From assembly GCA_947452525.1 (NCBI GenBank), contig CANGCW010000001.1, positions 1 through 42,451 on the forward strand: DNA of 42,451 nucleotides, in the 5' to 3' direction. The first letter of the stretch is position 1. Every line of letters starts with the position of its first letter. Below are positions 28,492 through 40,954 of this stretch, piece by piece. The notes beneath the pieces are model-generated. The model made no database searches. It was not told the DNA's origin and saw only the letters and a program-made list of their open reading frames with translations. Source of the stretch: Actinomycetota bacterium. Lineage in GTDB: Bacteria; Actinomycetota; Actinomycetes; Nanopelagicales; Nanopelagicaceae. A program made the translations under genes and the position numbers.

Positions 28492-31400
28492 TACAACGCC
28501 TCCATTACTGCCTTATTGACATCGAGTCCTTCACGTTCCGCCTTCTCCATAATCGCAAGCACGCGCGCATAGTCGCGCGGCATGACGAGTGAGATGCGCG
28601 CCTTGCCTGCTGCCCAATCAGAGATGAGTTCGAGTGCAACCTGAGAGCCAGTCTCTTCGTGGAAGCGAGTCAGGAGTTCCTTCAATGGCCCATCCTGATC
28701 ATCCGGAATTGCGAGAACGTCGACCATATCCGGATTGACGAGTCTCTCATCTAGATCCAAGACGAATGCACGTCCGCCTGACATTCCAGCTGCAAAGTTG
28801 CGACCGGTCTTTCCTAGGACGATTGCAACTCCGCCGGTCATGTACTCGCAACCGTGATCGCCAACACCTTCAACGATTGCAGTTGCGCCAGAGTTTCGTA
28901 CACAGAAGCGCTCTCCCACAATTCCGCGGATGAAGATCTCACCCTTTGTCGCGCCGTAACCAATGACGTTACCTGCGATGACGTTCTCCTGCGAAGCAAA
29001 TGTTGAAGCTGGGTCTGGCTTAACGATTACTCGTCCGCCAGAGAGTCCCTTGCCAACATAGTCATTGGAATCCCCCACGAGTGTCATAGTCAGACCTGCG
29101 GGAATAAATGCGCCAAATGATTGACCCGCAGAGCCCTTAAAGTTCGCACGAATCGTGTTCGCAGGAAGACCCTTGCCACCAAACCTGCGAGTGATCTCTG
29201 AGCCGAGCATCGTTCCAACGGTTCTATTCACATTGCGCACAGTGGATTCGATGACGGTCTCGCTGCCATCGCTCAACGACTTTGCAGCTTTTGCGATGAG
29301 CTCATTATCGAGCGCAGCAGCCAGTCCATGGTCTTGAGTGATGGAGTTCTTGCGAGCTCCGGCATGCTCTCCGCCAGGAATCTGAAGAAGTGGAGCAAGA
29401 TCGAGTCCGCTCGCCTTCCAGTGATCCACTGCCTCACGAGTGTCGAGAAGTTCAACCTGACCAATCGCTTCATCAAGTCTCTTAAAACCAAGCGCAGCAA
29501 GGTGTTCACGAACCTCTTCAGCGATGTACTCAAAGAACGTCTCCACGAACTCAGGCTTACCGGAGAAGCGCTTACGTAGCTCAGGATTCTGAGTGGCGAC
29601 GCCAACGGGGCAGGTATCGAGATGACAGACGCGCATCATGACACAACCTGAGACGACGAGCGGAGCGGTCGCGAAACCAAACTCTTCCGCGCCGAGGAGT
29701 GCCGCGATTACAACATCGCGACCAGTCTTCATTTGACCATCTACTTGAACGACGATGCGATCACGGAGGTTATTCAGAATCAGAGTCTGCTGGGTCTCAG
29801 CAAGTCCGAGCTCCCATGGCGCTCCTGCGTGCTTCAACGATGTAAGTGGTGATGCACCCGTTCCACCGTCATGGCCCGAAATGAGAACAACATCTGCGTG
29901 CGCCTTCGATACGCCAGCAGCAACAGTTCCAACTCCAACTTCTGCTACGAGCTTGACATGGATACGCGCCTGATTATTTGCATTCTTCAAGTCATGAATG
30001 AGTTGAGCAAGATCCTCAATGGAATAGATATCGTGATGTGGTGGTGGAGAGATGAGGCCTACACCCGGTGTTGAGTGACGAACTTGTGCGACCCATGGAT
30101 AGACCTTATTTCCAGGTAGCTGACCACCCTCACCGGGCTTTGCACCCTGTGCCATCTTGATCTGAATATCATCAGCGTTGACAAGGTACTCACTCGTTAC
30201 ACCAAAGCGACCAGATGCAACCTGCTTGATAGCGGACCGACGTGAATCGCCATTGGCATCCGGTGTGAAGCGAGCAGGATCTTCGCCGCCCTCACCAGTG
30301 TTCGACTTTCCGCCGAGACGATTCATTGCAATTGCCAGAGTCTCATGTACCTCTTGCGAGACCGAGCCATATGACATCGCGCCTGTTGCGAAACGCTTTA
30401 CGATAGATTCGACTGGCTCAACTTCATCGATGGAGATAGGCGTGCGCACTCCCTCTTTAAAGGTGAAGAGCCCACGGAGAGTCATTAAACGACGAGATTG
30501 ATCATCGATATGCGTGGTGTAACGCTTAAAGATGTCGTAACGCTTATTGCGGGTGGAATGCTGGAGCGTAAAAACGGTCTCTGGATCGAAGAGGTGTGGT
30601 TCACCCTCACGACGCCATTGGTATTCGCCACCGATGGGAAGCTTCTTGCTTCCAGGAACAACACCCATAGGCGGGTATGCAACGTGGTGTCTTCTAATTG
30701 TCTCTTCAGCGACGATGTCGAGCGTCACTCCGCCGAGGCGTGAAGTAAGTCCTGTGAAGTACTCATCAACAATCTCACGAGAGAGACCAATCGCTTCGAA
30801 GACCTGCGCACCCGTGTACGAGGCGATAGTTGAGATACCCATCTTTGACATCACTTTAAGGACGCCCTTGCCGAGCGCTTTAATGAGATTGGCAACGGCC
30901 TTCTCTGGAGTGATGCCGGTGATGACTCCCTGGCGAACGAGATCTTCAGCGCTCTCCATTGCGAGGTATGGATTTACTGCAGCAGCTCCGAAACCAATGA
31001 GAAGTGCAACATGGTGAACCTCGCGGACCTCTCCGGATTCAACTACTAATCCGACCTTTGTGCGAGTCTTCTCGCGGATAAGGTGGTGATGTACAGCCGA
31101 TGTAAGCAATAGTGAAGGAATAGGAGCCTCTTCCGCATCGCCATCGCGATCAGAGAGCACGATGATGTGTGCGCCATCTGCAATCGCCTGTGATACTTCG
31201 CGACGAATCTCCTCAAGACGTTCACGCAGTCCCTCTCCCCCATGAGCAACGTGGAAGAGACCGCGAACAACATGAGCTTGGAATCCTGGGCGATCGCCTT
31301 CCGCATTTACGTGAATGATCTTCGCCAACTCATCGTTATCGATAACTGGGAAATCCAGCGCAATCTGACGACATGAGGCTGGGCCTGGATCTAAGAGGTT

Positions 31401-33029
31401 GTGCTCTGGACCGATAGACCCACCAAGGCTTGTGACCAACTCTTCACGAATCGCATCTAGCGGAGGGTTAGTTACCTGTGCGAAGAGTTGAGCAAAGTAA
31501 TCAAAGAGATTGCGGTGTTTGCTCGACAGCGCAGCGATAGGAGTATCCGTACCCATCGAGCCGAGAGATTCCGCACCATTCTTTGCCATCGGTGCAACGA
31601 TGAGACGGAGCTCCTCTTCCGTGTAACCAAATGCGCGCTGGCGACGTACGACAGATGCATGTGGATAGATGATGTGTTCGCGCGCTGGTAGCTCTGAGAG
31701 CTTTACAAGTCCTGATTGCAACCATTCAGAGTATGGCTCTGCTTTGGCGAGTGAATCCTTGATCTCATCATCTTCAATGATGCGGCCCTGTTCGATATCT
31801 ACGAGGAACATACGGCCAGGTTGAAGTCGTCCCTTGCGCACAACGCGCTCTGCAGGAATATCGAGAACTCCGACCTCGCTCGCAAGGACTACGAGACCAT
31901 CATCAGTTACCCAGTAACGTGATGGACGAAGGCCATTGCGATCAAGAACAGCACCAACCTGATTTCCATCGGTAAAGGTGACGCATGCAGGGCCATCCCA
32001 GGCCTCCATCAATGTGGAGTGGAAGGCGTAGAAATCGCGACGCTCTTTCGACATCGTCGCATGGTTCTCCCACGCCTCTGGAATCATCATCAACATGGAG
32101 TGCGGAAGTGAGCGACCGTTGAGATAGAGGAGCTCTAGAACCTCATCAAATGATGCGGAGTCGGATCCCGATGGGTCCACGATAGGAAAGATTCGTGAGA
32201 GATCGCCATCGATGAGGTCGCTCGTGAGTAACGCCTCTCGTGCACGCATCCAGTTACGGTTTCCACGCACGGTATTGATCTCACCGTTGTGGGCGATGTA
32301 ACGGTAAGGGTGAGCTAATGGCCACGATGGGAAGGTATTTGTTGAGAAGCGTGAGTGCACAACGGCAAGAGGTGATGCAACGCGCTCATCAGATAGATCC
32401 GGGAAGAACTCTTCCAGCTGACCTGTAGTAAGCATGCCCTTGTAAACGATGGTCCGTGAAGAGAGAGATGGGAAGTAGATGGCGAGCGAATGTTCTACGC
32501 GCTTGCGGAAGACAAATACGAGGCGATCAAGAGCGAGGTCGCTCTGACCTGACTTGCCGGCAAGGAAGAATTGGATGAAGTGAGGCATGACGGAGAGTGC
32601 AGTCTTGCCAAGTGATGATGAGTTGATGGGAAGCGAGCGCAGTCCGAGAACTGTTAACCCTTCTTCTGTAGCGATCGCTTCAATCTCTTGCAAGACTTTT
32701 GCACTTAGTGCACCGTTGGCAATGAGTGAAGAGTCGACGAATGCGATTCCTGCTGCGTACTTGCCGGCATCTGGAAGAGTGAAATCAACGACTGCGCGAT
32801 AGAAGGTATCTGGGATGCGGATGAGAATTCCCGCTCCATCACCACTGTCAGGTTCAGCACCTGATGCACCGCGGTGCTCGAGGTTTCGTAGCGCAGTGAG
32901 GGCTTGGCTGACAATCTCGTGGCGCGCCTCCTTATTGAGAGTCGCGACCATGGCAACGCCGCAGGCATCATGTTCATTCTCAGGGTTATAGAGTCCTTGA
33001 GATTGCGGCAGTGTGCTGAAGAGCGTCAT
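28491..33029 (-). CDS. gltB: glutamate synthase large subunit
   Basis: 1512 aa with the Ntn-amidotransferase Cys context ([10 protein letters not shown]), the FMN/Fe-S central domain, and a C-terminal Gly-rich beta-helix region. Strong AGGAGG SD. Confidence 0.98.
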   Translation of the reverse strand: MTLFSTLPQSQGLYNPENEHDACGVAMVATLNKEARHEIVSQALTALRNLEHRGASGAEPDSGDGAGILIRIPDTFYRAVVDFTLPDAGKYAAGIAFVDSSLIANGALSAKVLQEIEAIATEEGLTVLGLRSLPINSSSLGKTALSVMPHFIQFFLAGKSGQSDLALDRLVFVFRKRVEHSLAIYFPSLSSRTIVYKGMLTTGQLEEFFPDLSDERVASPLAVVHSRFSTNTFPSWPLAHPYRYIAHNGEINTVRGNRNWMRAREALLTSDLIDGDLSRIFPIVDPSGSDSASFDEVLELLYLNGRSLPHSMLMMIPEAWENHATMSKERRDFYAFHSTLMEAWDGPACVTFTDGNQVGAVLDRNGLRPSRYWVTDDGLVVLASEVGVLDIPAERVVRKGRLQPGRMFLVDIEQGRIIEDDEIKDSLAKAEPYSEWLQSGLVKLSELPAREHIIYPHASVVRRQRAFGYTEEELRLIVAPMAKNGAESLGSMGTDTPIAALSSKHRNLFDYFAQLFAQVTNPPLDAIREELVTSLGGSIGPEHNLLDPGPASCRQIALDFPVIDNDELAKIIHVNAEGDRPGFQAHVVRGLFHVAHGGEGLRERLEEIRREVSQAIADGAHIIVLSDRDGDAEEAPIPSLLLTSAVHHHLIREKTRTKVGLVVESGEVREVHHVALLIGFGAAAVNPYLAMESAEDLVRQGVITGITPEKAVANLIKALGKGVLKVMSKMGISTIASYTGAQVFEAIGLSREIVDEYFTGLTSRLGGVTLDIVAEETIRRHHVAYPPMGVVPGSKKLPIGGEYQWRREGEPHLFDPETVFTLQHSTRNKRYDIFKRYTTHIDDQSRRLMTLRGLFTFKEGVRTPISIDEVEPVESIVKRFATGAMSYGSVSQEVHETLAIAMNRLGGKSNTGEGGEDPARFTPDANGDSRRSAIKQVASGRFGVTSEYLVNADDIQIKMAQGAKPGEGGQLPGNKVYPWVAQVRHSTPGVGLISPPPHHDIYSIEDLAQLIHDLKNANNQARIHVKLVAEVGVGTVAAGVSKAHADVVLISGHDGGTGASPLTSLKHAGAPWELGLAETQQTLILNNLRDRIVVQVDGQMKTGRDVVIAALLGAEEFGFATAPLVVSGCVMMRVCHLDTCPVGVATQNPELRKRFSGKPEFVETFFEYIAEEVREHLAALGFKRLDEAIGQVELLDTREAVDHWKASGLDLAPLLQIPGGEHAGARKNSITQDHGLAAALDNELIAKAAKSLSDGSETVIESTVRNVNRTVGTMLGSEITRRFGGKGLPANTIRANFKGSAGQSFGAFIPAGLTMTLVGDSNDYVGKGLSGGRVIVKPDPASTFASQENVIAGNVIGYGATKGEIFIRGIVGERFCVRNSGATAIVEGVGDHGCEYMTGGVAIVLGKTGRNFAAGMSGGRAFVLDLDERLVNPDMVDVLAIPDDQDGPLKELLTRFHEETGSQVALELISDWAAGKARISLVMPRDYARVLAIMEKAEREGLDVNKAVMEAL

Positions 33030-33119
33030 GTGACCTCCTGCTGATTCTTCTAGCTATGGTGCGGGACAGCAGTGGCCCTACCCCTCCGATCTACGGGAGA
33101 GAGTGGTGAATCCTAGCAA

Positions 33120-33824
33120 TCAGATACCTGAGAGGTGAACCAATCCGCCGATTCCAGCGGTAATTGCCATGCCGAGTGAGCCGCCGATAACGACCCGGAG
33201 GATCGTCTTCGCCATACCTGAGCCTGAAAGTTTGGAGCTGATTGCGCCAGTCAGGCTAAGGCCCACGAGGGTAAAGGTGATGATTCCAACTGACTTGGAG
33301 GTTGTGTTCCAGAGCAGGGCTCCGAAGAGTGGAATTACTCCACCCGATGTGTAGGCGATCGCAGAGGCGATGGAGGCCTGGACCGGGCGAGCCTTCGTAT
33401 GTTCAAACTGACCAAGTTCATCGCGGAGGTGCGCCTCAAGGGCATCCTTCTCATGCATGATGCGAGAGACTTGGGCTGCGAGTTCGCGAGGTAGGCCGCG
33501 CTCGATGTAAATCTGAGTCAACTCCTCCTCCTCGCCGACCGGATCAAGCTTGAGGTGCTCAATCTCCATCTGGCGATCGCTCTCTTCGATATCACTCTGG
33601 GATTGAACAGAGATGTACTCGCCTACCGCCATCGACATTGCGCCAGCAGCAATCGCAGCAATACCTGTGACGGTGAGTCCAGCGGTTGGAGCTGCAGCGG
33701 CAACGCCAATCATCAAGCTAGCCGTTGCGACGAGACCGTCGTTAGCTCCTAGGACTGCTGCGCGAAGCCAACCTGCGTTGTGCGTCTTATGGTGGCGGTT
33801 TCGCACATAGACATCTTCAATCAT
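33120..33824 (-). CDS. VIT1/CCC1-family iron/manganese transporter
   Basis: 234 aa with LGANDGLVATASLMIGVA, a central acidic helix region, and C-terminal TM helices. The ATG overlaps the lgt stop (ATGA). Confidence 0.85.
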   Translation of the reverse strand: MIEDVYVRNRHHKTHNAGWLRAAVLGANDGLVATASLMIGVAAAAPTAGLTVTGIAAIAAGAMSMAVGEYISVQSQSDIEESDRQMEIEHLKLDPVGEEEELTQIYIERGLPRELAAQVSRIMHEKDALEAHLRDELGQFEHTKARPVQASIASAIAYTSGGVIPLFGALLWNTTSKSVGIITFTLVGLSLTGAISSKLSGSGMAKTILRVVIGGSLGMAITAGIGGLVHLSGI

Positions 33825-34642
33825 GAATCAATCCTACTTGAGCTCCTCTTCGCCCTCCACAGCCACACTCCGGAGGCGAGAGTTAGCCCCACGGATAAGA
33901 GGAGATTTATGCGTAGACCGAAGATGGTGTGAGCAGAATCAATGCGGAGTGACTCCCAGACGATGCGTCCGCCACAGTAGAGGAAGATGTAGAGCAGAAA
34001 GGAGGAACCGTCGCGCATTCGGTATCGACGCTCAATAAGCAGAATCGACGCTGCTGCAAGAAGGCACCAGATCGACTCGTAGAGAAATGTTGGATGGAAG
34101 GTAGCGAAGTTTTCATAACCGTGAGGGCGGAGTTCGTACGGGATTTCGAGCGCCCACCAGGTGTGGAGCGGCCTTCCAAATAGTTCGCCATTAAACCAAT
34201 TGCCCCACCGACCAATCGCCTGTGCAACAAGGAGTGCAGGTGCGAGTGAATCTGCAAAGAGAGCAAAAGATGTACCGCGATCAGCACGACGGAAAATAAC
34301 GAAAGCGAAAAGTGCGCCTACGGCAACTGCGCCCCAGATGCCCATTCCACCATTCCAGATTTTTAGCGCGTCGAGAGCCCTTCCCTCTTTACCAAAGTAC
34401 GCATCAGGGGAGGTGATAACGTGATAGAGCCGACCACCAATGATGCCCGCTGGAATCACCCAGATTGCGACATCACTTAAAGTCTGCGCACTTCCGCCTC
34501 GGGCTACATATCGCCCTCTTCCGATTCGCAGCGCAACGAGAATTCCCACGAGGATGCAGATCGCATACATATGGAGGGTAAAAGGGCCCAACGCCACCGA
34601 AGATTTCGATGGCGTTGGGATAAAGCTATGAAGCGCAGGCAC
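33821..34642 (-). CDS. lgt: prolipoprotein diacylglyceryl transferase
   Basis: 273 aa with the Lgt signature IGRWGNWFNGELFGRP and N-terminal GPFTLHMYAICILVG. GTG start. Confidence 0.93.
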   Translation of the reverse strand: MPALHSFIPTPSKSSVALGPFTLHMYAICILVGILVALRIGRGRYVARGGSAQTLSDVAIWVIPAGIIGGRLYHVITSPDAYFGKEGRALDALKIWNGGMGIWGAVAVGALFAFVIFRRADRGTSFALFADSLAPALLVAQAIGRWGNWFNGELFGRPLHTWWALEIPYELRPHGYENFATFHPTFLYESIWCLLAAASILLIERRYRMRDGSSFLLYIFLYCGGRIVWESLRIDSAHTIFGLRINLLLSVGLTLASGVWLWRAKRSSSRIDS

Positions 34643-34650
34643 GGTGCTAG

Positions 34651-35361
34651 TTACTTCACTCCCGCTGCAGCTAAGTCCTTCTTGAGTGCTGCTAGATCGA
34701 GGTAATGCGCACGGTTCAACTCTTTACCGTTGACAAAGACCGTTGGCGTTGATGAGACACCCTTCTTTGCAGCGTTATCTTCAATCTTTGAAACCCAATT
34801 TACATATTTGCCATCGGTGATGCACTTGGAGACTGTTGATTTATTTGCACCTGCCGCTGTGGCTAACTTGATAAGGACATCGTTAGTCCACGCTCCAGAG
34901 TTCTCTGATGTTGGCTGGTTTGCAAAGAGCATGGTGTGCATCTGAACGAATTTGCCTTCATCTGCAGTACATGCAGCGGCCTGAGCAGCCAGAACTGATT
35001 CAGGTCCGAGGAAGGACATTGGGTGGTAAACGGCCTTAATCTTCTTCGCCTTAATCAGATCATCAAAGTATGCATTTGCAACTGCTTCGAAGTTGCGGCA
35101 GTTAGGGCATTGGAAATCTTCCCAAAAATCCACTTGAACAGGAGCTGATGGATTCACAACGATTCCATAGCCATCGGCTTTGGAGACTGAGGATGGAATC
35201 ACGAGCTTCTTCGTGGCTTGATTATTAGCAAAGGCGAAGACGCCGGCAATGGCAATAACAAAGACGACCATGCCAATCGCAATGCGACGGGTTACCTTAT
35301 CGCCCTGCTTCTTCTCGGAAGGCTTCTTGCCCTTCGGTGACTTTCCCTGTGAAGTGGCCAT
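34651..35361 (-). CDS. membrane-anchored DsbA-like thiol:disulfide oxidoreductase
   Basis: 236 aa with a Lys-rich N-terminus, a single TM anchor, and a thioredoxin fold carrying a CPNC active site (FWEDFQCPNCRNFE). Confidence 0.85.
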   Translation of the reverse strand: MATSQGKSPKGKKPSEKKQGDKVTRRIAIGMVVFVIAIAGVFAFANNQATKKLVIPSSVSKADGYGIVVNPSAPVQVDFWEDFQCPNCRNFEAVANAYFDDLIKAKKIKAVYHPMSFLGPESVLAAQAAACTADEGKFVQMHTMLFANQPTSENSGAWTNDVLIKLATAAGANKSTVSKCITDGKYVNWVSKIEDNAAKKGVSSTPTVFVNGKELNRAHYLDLAALKKDLAAAGVK

Positions 35362-35416
35362 GGTCTGCTCTCTCTCGTCTACTGTGAATTGCCTACAAAA
35401 CTATCGAATCTTATCT

Positions 35417-36217
35417 TTAGCGCTTTGCGCTACGCACGCCAGCTGCCAGACTCTCAGCAAGTTCGCGGACTGCTACTAAACCGGCATCAAGCGATGGCGC
35501 CTCTTGGACTGCCCGGATAAATGCCGAACCAACAATTACGCCATCGGCATATGCCGCAACTTCGGCAGCCTGCACTCCATTTGATACGCCGAGTCCGACC
35601 GCAACCGGAATTGATGTGGTCTTGCGAATTCTTGAGACTAGATCCTCTGCACCACTTGAAACGGAGGTGCGTAGCCCGGTGACACCCATTAACGAAGCAG
35701 CGTATATAAAACCGGAGCCCTGTTGAGTAACTTTTGCGAGTCGCTCTTCCTGTGTGCTTGGCGCAACAACATAGATGCGATTAACTCCATGTGCCGTTGT
35801 TGTTGAGATCCACTCGCCCGACTCTTCGATTGTGAGATCTGGAGTGATGACCCCGGATCCACCATTAGCAGCGAGGTCCCTGGCAAAGTTCTCAACGCCG
35901 TATCGCTCAATTGGATTCCAGTAAGTCATGATGAGTGAAGGGACGAGAGATGCTGCAAACTTCAAAGTCTCAAAGACCTCTTTTGCTCCAGCTCCATTAC
36001 GCAACGCTTGATCTGCCGCGGCTTGAATGATGGGACCATCCATAACAGGATCGCTGTAGGGGAAGCCGATTTCAATTGCATCAACGCCACCGTCAACCAT
36101 CGCTTGAATGATGCGGTACGAGTCAGCTTGATTGGGAAATCCTGCAGGAATATATCCAATGAGGATTGCGCGCTCACCCCGGGTTGACTCAAAGAGTCGC
36201 TCTAGCGGCGTACTCAT
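35417..36217 (-). CDS. trpA: tryptophan synthase alpha chain
   Basis: 266 aa with [24 protein letters not shown], and VAVGLGVS. The ATG overlaps the trpB stop (ATGA). Confidence 0.96.
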   Translation of the reverse strand: MSTPLERLFESTRGERAILIGYIPAGFPNQADSYRIIQAMVDGGVDAIEIGFPYSDPVMDGPIIQAAADQALRNGAGAKEVFETLKFAASLVPSLIMTYWNPIERYGVENFARDLAANGGSGVITPDLTIEESGEWISTTTAHGVNRIYVVAPSTQEERLAKVTQQGSGFIYAASLMGVTGLRTSVSSGAEDLVSRIRKTTSIPVAVGLGVSNGVQAAEVAAYADGVIVGSAFIRAVQEAPSLDAGLVAVRELAESLAAGVRSAKR

Positions 36218-37413
36218 AACGGCATTCCAAAATATTCAGCAGCTGTGTGCACATCCTTATCTCCGCGACCAGAGAGGTTAATGAGAAGTGTTGCATCTGT
36301 GCCGAGCTCTTTTCCGACCTTGATTGCGCCAGCCAGTGCATGCGCGCTCTCGATTGCAGGAATGATTCCTTCGGTCTTGCAGAGAAGTGAGAATGCCTCC
36401 ATCGCCTCTGCATCTGTGATGGCGCGGTACTCAGCGCGACCAATGTCATGAAGGTAGGCATGCTCAGGACCAACGCCTGGGTAATCAAGTCCGGCAGAGA
36501 TTGAATGTGATTCGACTGTCTGACCATTCTTATCTTGTAGGACATATGAGCGCGTTCCGTGGAGAACTCCACGAGATCCACCCGTAATCGTTGCGGCGTG
36601 GAAACCGGTCTCTACTCCCCTGCCGCCAGCTTCTAGACCAATGAGGCGAACGCCCTCATCTGGGATAAATGCGTGGAAGATTCCAATTGCATTGGAGCCT
36701 CCTCCGACGCAAGCAAGCACTGCATCAGGAAGTTTTCCATTGAGAGCAAGCATCTGTTCGCGGGACTCTTCGCCGATAATTTTATGAAAATCGCGGACCA
36801 TCACAGGGAATGGATGAGGCCCGGCGACGGTTCCCAGAAGGTAATGGGTCGTCTCAACATTTGTAACCCAGTCACGCATCGCTTCGTTAATTGCATCTTT
36901 CAGAGTGCGAGAGCCCTGAGTTACGGGAATGACTTCAGCGCCGAGCAATTTCATACGAACAACGTTGAGCGCCTGACGCTTTGTATCTTCTTCGCCCATG
37001 TAGACGACGCACTCAAGACCCATGAGCGCTGCCGCCGTTGCTGATGCGACTCCATGTTGACCTGCACCAGTCTCAGCGATGATGCGCTTCTTACCCATGC
37101 GCTTAGTGAGTAGCGCCTGACCAAGAACGTTGTTGATCTTATGTGAACCAGTGTGATTGAGATCTTCGCGCTTGAGGAAGATGCGCGCTCCACCTGCGTG
37201 CTCAGAGAAGCGCTTCGCCTCTGTGATAATGCTTGGACGACCCGAATAGGTTCGGTGTAGATCTGATAGCTCTTTAATAAAGAGTGGATCAACGAGTGCG
37301 GTCTGATGCGCTGCTGCCAGTTCATCGAGAGCGCCGATAAGAGCCTCAGGTACAAAACGACCGCCGAAAGGGCCGAAGTGGCCGAGCTGGTCAGAAAGTT
37401 GCGTTGCAGACAT
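36214..37413 (-). CDS. trpB: tryptophan synthase beta chain
   Basis: 399 aa with the PLP-lysine motif [11 protein letters not shown] and [10 protein letters not shown]. Confidence 0.98.
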   Translation of the reverse strand: MSATQLSDQLGHFGPFGGRFVPEALIGALDELAAAHQTALVDPLFIKELSDLHRTYSGRPSIITEAKRFSEHAGGARIFLKREDLNHTGSHKINNVLGQALLTKRMGKKRIIAETGAGQHGVASATAAALMGLECVVYMGEEDTKRQALNVVRMKLLGAEVIPVTQGSRTLKDAINEAMRDWVTNVETTHYLLGTVAGPHPFPVMVRDFHKIIGEESREQMLALNGKLPDAVLACVGGGSNAIGIFHAFIPDEGVRLIGLEAGGRGVETGFHAATITGGSRGVLHGTRSYVLQDKNGQTVESHSISAGLDYPGVGPEHAYLHDIGRAEYRAITDAEAMEAFSLLCKTEGIIPAIESAHALAGAIKVGKELGTDATLLINLSGRGDKDVHTAAEYFGMPL

Positions 37414-37415
37414 GG

Positions 37416-38201
37416 TCAGACGGTACCAGCGTTGCCGAGCAAATGTCTGATGGCCTCCGTTGGGTTGCCCGCTTTGACCAATGTCTCACCCACCAAGATT
37501 CCATTCGCTCCAATCTCTCTCAATGCAGAGACCTCTCCTGGGCTACTAATGCCGGATTCGGCGATCTTGAGCACCCCTGTCGGAATCATGGGGATCAAGC
37601 GCTCAAAGGCACGCGCATCAACGTCAAGTGTCTTTAAATTTCGAGAGTTCACGCCAATGATGCGAGCGCCGAGGTCGCAAGCAATCTCAACCTCTCTCTC
37701 ATCATGCGTCTCGACGAGAACATCCATTCCTAACTCGCGAGCAAGCTGATAGAAGTCAACGAGCTGACTTCTAGATAGCCCAGCAACAATCAAGAGCAGA
37801 AGATCTGCGCCAAGGAGTCGAGATTCGAGAACCTGGAACTCTGTCACGATGAAATCCTTGCGAAGTACAGGTAGTTCAATTGCACTGCGAACAACACGGA
37901 AATCGGCCATCGATCCCTTGAAGCGCCGTTGCTCGGTCAGAACGCTTACGACGCTTGCGCCACCTTCTTCATACTTCTGAGCAAGCCCTGCTGGATCAGT
38001 AATTGTCGAGAGCTCTCCTTTACTTGGAGATGAACGCTTCACCTCTGCAATCACGCGCATACCTTCGCGCGAGAGCGATGCATACGCACCGCGCAGCTCT
38101 GGTGCCTCTGAGAGTTGCTCAGTCAACCTGGCGATTGGCACTTCACGCGCACGAACATCCTCTAGGACACCTTCAATGATGCTATCTAACACGGTGCTCA
38201 T
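37416..38201 (-). CDS. trpC: indole-3-glycerol-phosphate synthase
   Basis: 261 aa with [12 protein letters not shown] and LRKDFIV motifs. Strong GAGGGGGAGGA SD 9 nt upstream. Confidence 0.96.
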   Translation of the reverse strand: MSTVLDSIIEGVLEDVRAREVPIARLTEQLSEAPELRGAYASLSREGMRVIAEVKRSSPSKGELSTITDPAGLAQKYEEGGASVVSVLTEQRRFKGSMADFRVVRSAIELPVLRKDFIVTEFQVLESRLLGADLLLLIVAGLSRSQLVDFYQLARELGMDVLVETHDEREVEIACDLGARIIGVNSRNLKTLDVDARAFERLIPMIPTGVLKIAESGISSPGEVSALREIGANGILVGETLVKAGNPTEAIRHLLGNAGTV

Positions 38202-38344
38202 AGGGATGGATCCTCCCCCTCATTCAAGGTATTCCACGCAGATTTATTGTGGCGGTCATAGCGCGATGAAGTAGATCTCTTCTTCGTTCGACGTAAGAGA
38301 TATCCGGTCAGAATAATGGCAAGCACAGGTAATACGAGATTCAT
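38198..38344 (-). CDS. 48-aa putative single-pass membrane micro-protein (hypothetical), absent from the ORF track
   Basis: Translation by hand gives [48 protein letters not shown]. Its ATG overlaps the trpE stop (ATGA) and its TGA overlaps the trpC ATG (ATGA). It has a hydrophobic N-terminal helix followed by a basic cluster. Confidence 0.55.
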   Translation of the reverse strand: MNLVLPVLAIILTGYLLRRTKKRSTSSRYDRHNKSAWNTLNEGEDPSL

Positions 38345-39846
38345 TGTGCACCCCCATTCTTAAGTTTGACCATTGCATTAGCGGTGGTGATCGCCGCAAG
38401 AACCGTTGAAGCCTTATTCACACACTCTTGATCCTCTAGTTCGGGAACGGAGTCTGAAACAATTCCGGCGCCTGCTTGAACGTATGCCGTAGAGCCCTTG
38501 ATGACTGCAGTGCGAATTGCAATGCAGGAATCAATATTCCCCTGGAAATCGAAGTAGCCAATAGTTCCACCATAGATTCCACGTCGGGTCGGCTCGTGAC
38601 GTTCAATAATCTCCATCGCGCGCGGTTTTGGCGCCCCCGAGAGAGTTCCCGCAGGAAAGACGGCAAAGAGCGCGTCAATTGGCGCAGTGTCGCTCTTTAA
38701 CTTTCCTGTCACTGTCGAGACGATGTGCATAACATGGGAGTAACGCTCGATCTTCATAAACTCGACAACCTCAACGCTACCTGCAGTGCAGACGCGACCT
38801 AGGTCATTTCTTCCCAAATCAACGAGCATTAAATGCTCTGCGCGCTCCTTGGTGTCCGCGAGCAACTCCTCTGACCGCGCTTGATCAATCTCTGGGTTCT
38901 GTGAGCGAGGTCGCGTTCCGGCGATGGGATGAATGAGGACATCATCTCCGGTTACCTTGACAAGCGCTTCAGGGCTCGAACCTACGATATGGAGCTGGTT
39001 CGGAAAGTTAAAGATATACATATAAGGGCTTGGATTGTGCAGGCGTAGAACGCGATAGACGTCGAGAGGCGTGGCTGATAACTCGCTTCTGAAACGCTGG
39101 GAGAGAACTATTTGAAATGCCTCACCGCTGCGAATCTCCTCTTTGAGGAGTTCGACTTTGGCGCAGTACTCAGATGGCAAAATATCACGCGAATACTCAG
39201 CAGCGACCTTATCGACGCTAAGTGCAATCGCTGATTCACTATCTGCTTGGAGAGATTGCACCATTGCTTCAAGGCGTGCACAAGCGTCGTCAAAGGCTTC
39301 ATCAACGCGTTCGTCACTTCCATCCCAATTAATCGCATTTGCAATTAATACAAGGGAGCCATTGAAGTGATCAAAGATCGCGAGGTCTGAGGTGAGAAGA
39401 TATGCGATTTCCGGAAGATCAAGGTCTGCTTTCGCTATGGAGGAAATCTTCTCTAGCCGGCGAACTGCTTCGTAGCCCATATATCCCACGAGGCCACCAG
39501 TGAGGGGAGGGAGCTCATCAATCTTCGGTGATTTTAAGTGTGCAACGGTAAGGCGGAGAGCCTCGAGCGGGTCGCAACCCGTTGGGGCGCCGGCTGGAGC
39601 CCGACCCTCCCATACAGCAAGGCCATCTCTCTCCGTGAGGGTTGCAACGCTATTGACTCCGATAAAAGAGTAACGAGACCACGCTCCCCCATGTTCGGCC
39701 GACTCCAAGAGGAAGGTGCCCTCGCGTTCACCTGTGAGTTTGCGATAGAGACCGAGCGGTGTCTCGCTATCTGCAAGAAATCGCTTCCAGACCGGAATGA
39801 AATTATGTTCTTTCGCGTACGCGCGAAAACTCTCGCGATCCATCAT
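38341..39846 (-). CDS. trpE: anthranilate synthase component I
   Basis: 501 aa with the N-terminal Trp-sensing region (LLESAEHGG) and chorismate-binding C-terminus ([23 protein letters not shown]). The ATG overlaps the hisI stop. Confidence 0.97.
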   Translation of the reverse strand: MMDRESFRAYAKEHNFIPVWKRFLADSETPLGLYRKLTGEREGTFLLESAEHGGAWSRYSFIGVNSVATLTERDGLAVWEGRAPAGAPTGCDPLEALRLTVAHLKSPKIDELPPLTGGLVGYMGYEAVRRLEKISSIAKADLDLPEIAYLLTSDLAIFDHFNGSLVLIANAINWDGSDERVDEAFDDACARLEAMVQSLQADSESAIALSVDKVAAEYSRDILPSEYCAKVELLKEEIRSGEAFQIVLSQRFRSELSATPLDVYRVLRLHNPSPYMYIFNFPNQLHIVGSSPEALVKVTGDDVLIHPIAGTRPRSQNPEIDQARSEELLADTKERAEHLMLVDLGRNDLGRVCTAGSVEVVEFMKIERYSHVMHIVSTVTGKLKSDTAPIDALFAVFPAGTLSGAPKPRAMEIIERHEPTRRGIYGGTIGYFDFQGNIDSCIAIRTAVIKGSTAYVQAGAGIVSDSVPELEDQECVNKASTVLAAITTANAMVKLKNGGAQ

Positions 39847-40181
39847 CGCTTAATCTCGCGGTAGAAACAGGAGCGCTCACCCGTGTGGCATGCGGCGCCG
39901 TTCTGTTCAACTTTCAAGAGCAACGCATCCCCATCACAGTCATATGAGATTGAGTGCACCTTCTGGATATGTCCAGAGGTCGCGCCTTTTCGCCACAACT
40001 CTTGGCGAGAACGGCTCCAGTATGTGACCTCACCGGTGGCAAGAGTGAGTTCAAGTGATTCGCGGTTCATCCAAGCAAGCATCAAGACTTCAGAGCTTTG
40101 AGCATCTTGGGCTATCGCAGCCACTAACTCATGCGAGTCGAATTGCGCCTGAACTTCTGATGGGATCGAGAACTCGGACAT
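39843..40181 (-). CDS. hisI: phosphoribosyl-AMP cyclohydrolase (monofunctional)
   Basis: 112 aa with [17 protein letters not shown] and [25 protein letters not shown]. Confidence 0.95.
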   Translation of the reverse strand: MSEFSIPSEVQAQFDSHELVAAIAQDAQSSEVLMLAWMNRESLELTLATGEVTYWSRSRQELWRKGATSGHIQKVHSISYDCDGDALLLKVEQNGAACHTGERSCFYREIKR

Positions 40182-40183
40182 TC

Positions 40184-40954
40184 TTAGATCTCCTTCACTT
40201 GACGAATGGGATAACCACGTTCGGCGAGAAACTCTTTCACTTGAGCAATCGTAAAGGTCTGAAAATGAAAGACAGATGCGGCGAGAAGTGCATCTGCTCC
40301 TGCTTCCAGGGCCAGTGCGAAGTCTTCCAACTTTCCAGCTCCACCGCTTGCAATTACTGGGACGGAAGAGATCGCCTTCACACGAGAAGTCATCTCTAGG
40401 TCATAACCGTCGCGCGTGCCATCAGCATCCATCGAGTTAAGGAGAATCTCGCCAATACCGCGCTCGATTCCCTCCTCGATCCAAGCCAGAGCATCAATAC
40501 CGGTGCCTTCGCGACCACCGTGCGTCGTCACCTCAAAACCAGATGGAGTATCGCCACGTCGTGCATCCACCGAGAGAACTAATACTTGATTACCGAAACG
40601 ATCCGAGATCTCATTAATTAACTCTGGACGGAGAATTGCAGCGGTGTTCACAGAGACCTTATCGGCTCCGGCGCGAAGCAATTGATTGACATCATCAGCG
40701 GCCTTGATGCCGCCACCAACGGTCAACGGAATAAATACCTGCTCTGCAGTTCTACTCACCACATCGAGAGTTGTCTTGCGCTCTTCAACCGAGGCGGAGA
40801 TATCAAGAAAGGTAAGTTCATCTGCTCCGGCAGCGCCATATAACTTTGCAAGTTCAACTGGATCGCCGGCATCGACGAGATTCTTAAAGTTCACACCTTT
40901 TACAACGCGGCCACCGGCAACGTCGAGACAAGGAATGATTCGCTTTGCCAGCAT
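40184..40954 (-). CDS. hisF: imidazole glycerol phosphate synthase cyclase subunit
   Basis: 256 aa with [13 protein letters not shown]-like SVDA, and ASGGAG motifs. Confidence 0.97.
   Translation of the reverse strand: MLAKRIIPCLDVAGGRVVKGVNFKNLVDAGDPVELAKLYGAAGADELTFLDISASVEERKTTLDVVSRTAEQVFIPLTVGGGIKAADDVNQLLRAGADKVSVNTAAILRPELINEISDRFGNQVLVLSVDARRGDTPSGFEVTTHGGREGTGIDALAWIEEGIERGIGEILLNSMDADGTRDGYDLEMTSRVKAISSVPVIASGGAGKLEDFALALEAGADALLAASVFHFQTFTIAQVKEFLAERGYPIRQVKEI

Noticed and set aside
39843-39900. A Trp attenuator, leader peptide or T-box upstream of trpE.
   Set aside because: The trpE start overlaps the hisI stop, so no non-coding leader exists. The only small ORF in the cluster (38198-38344) has a single Trp codon and lies downstream of trpE.
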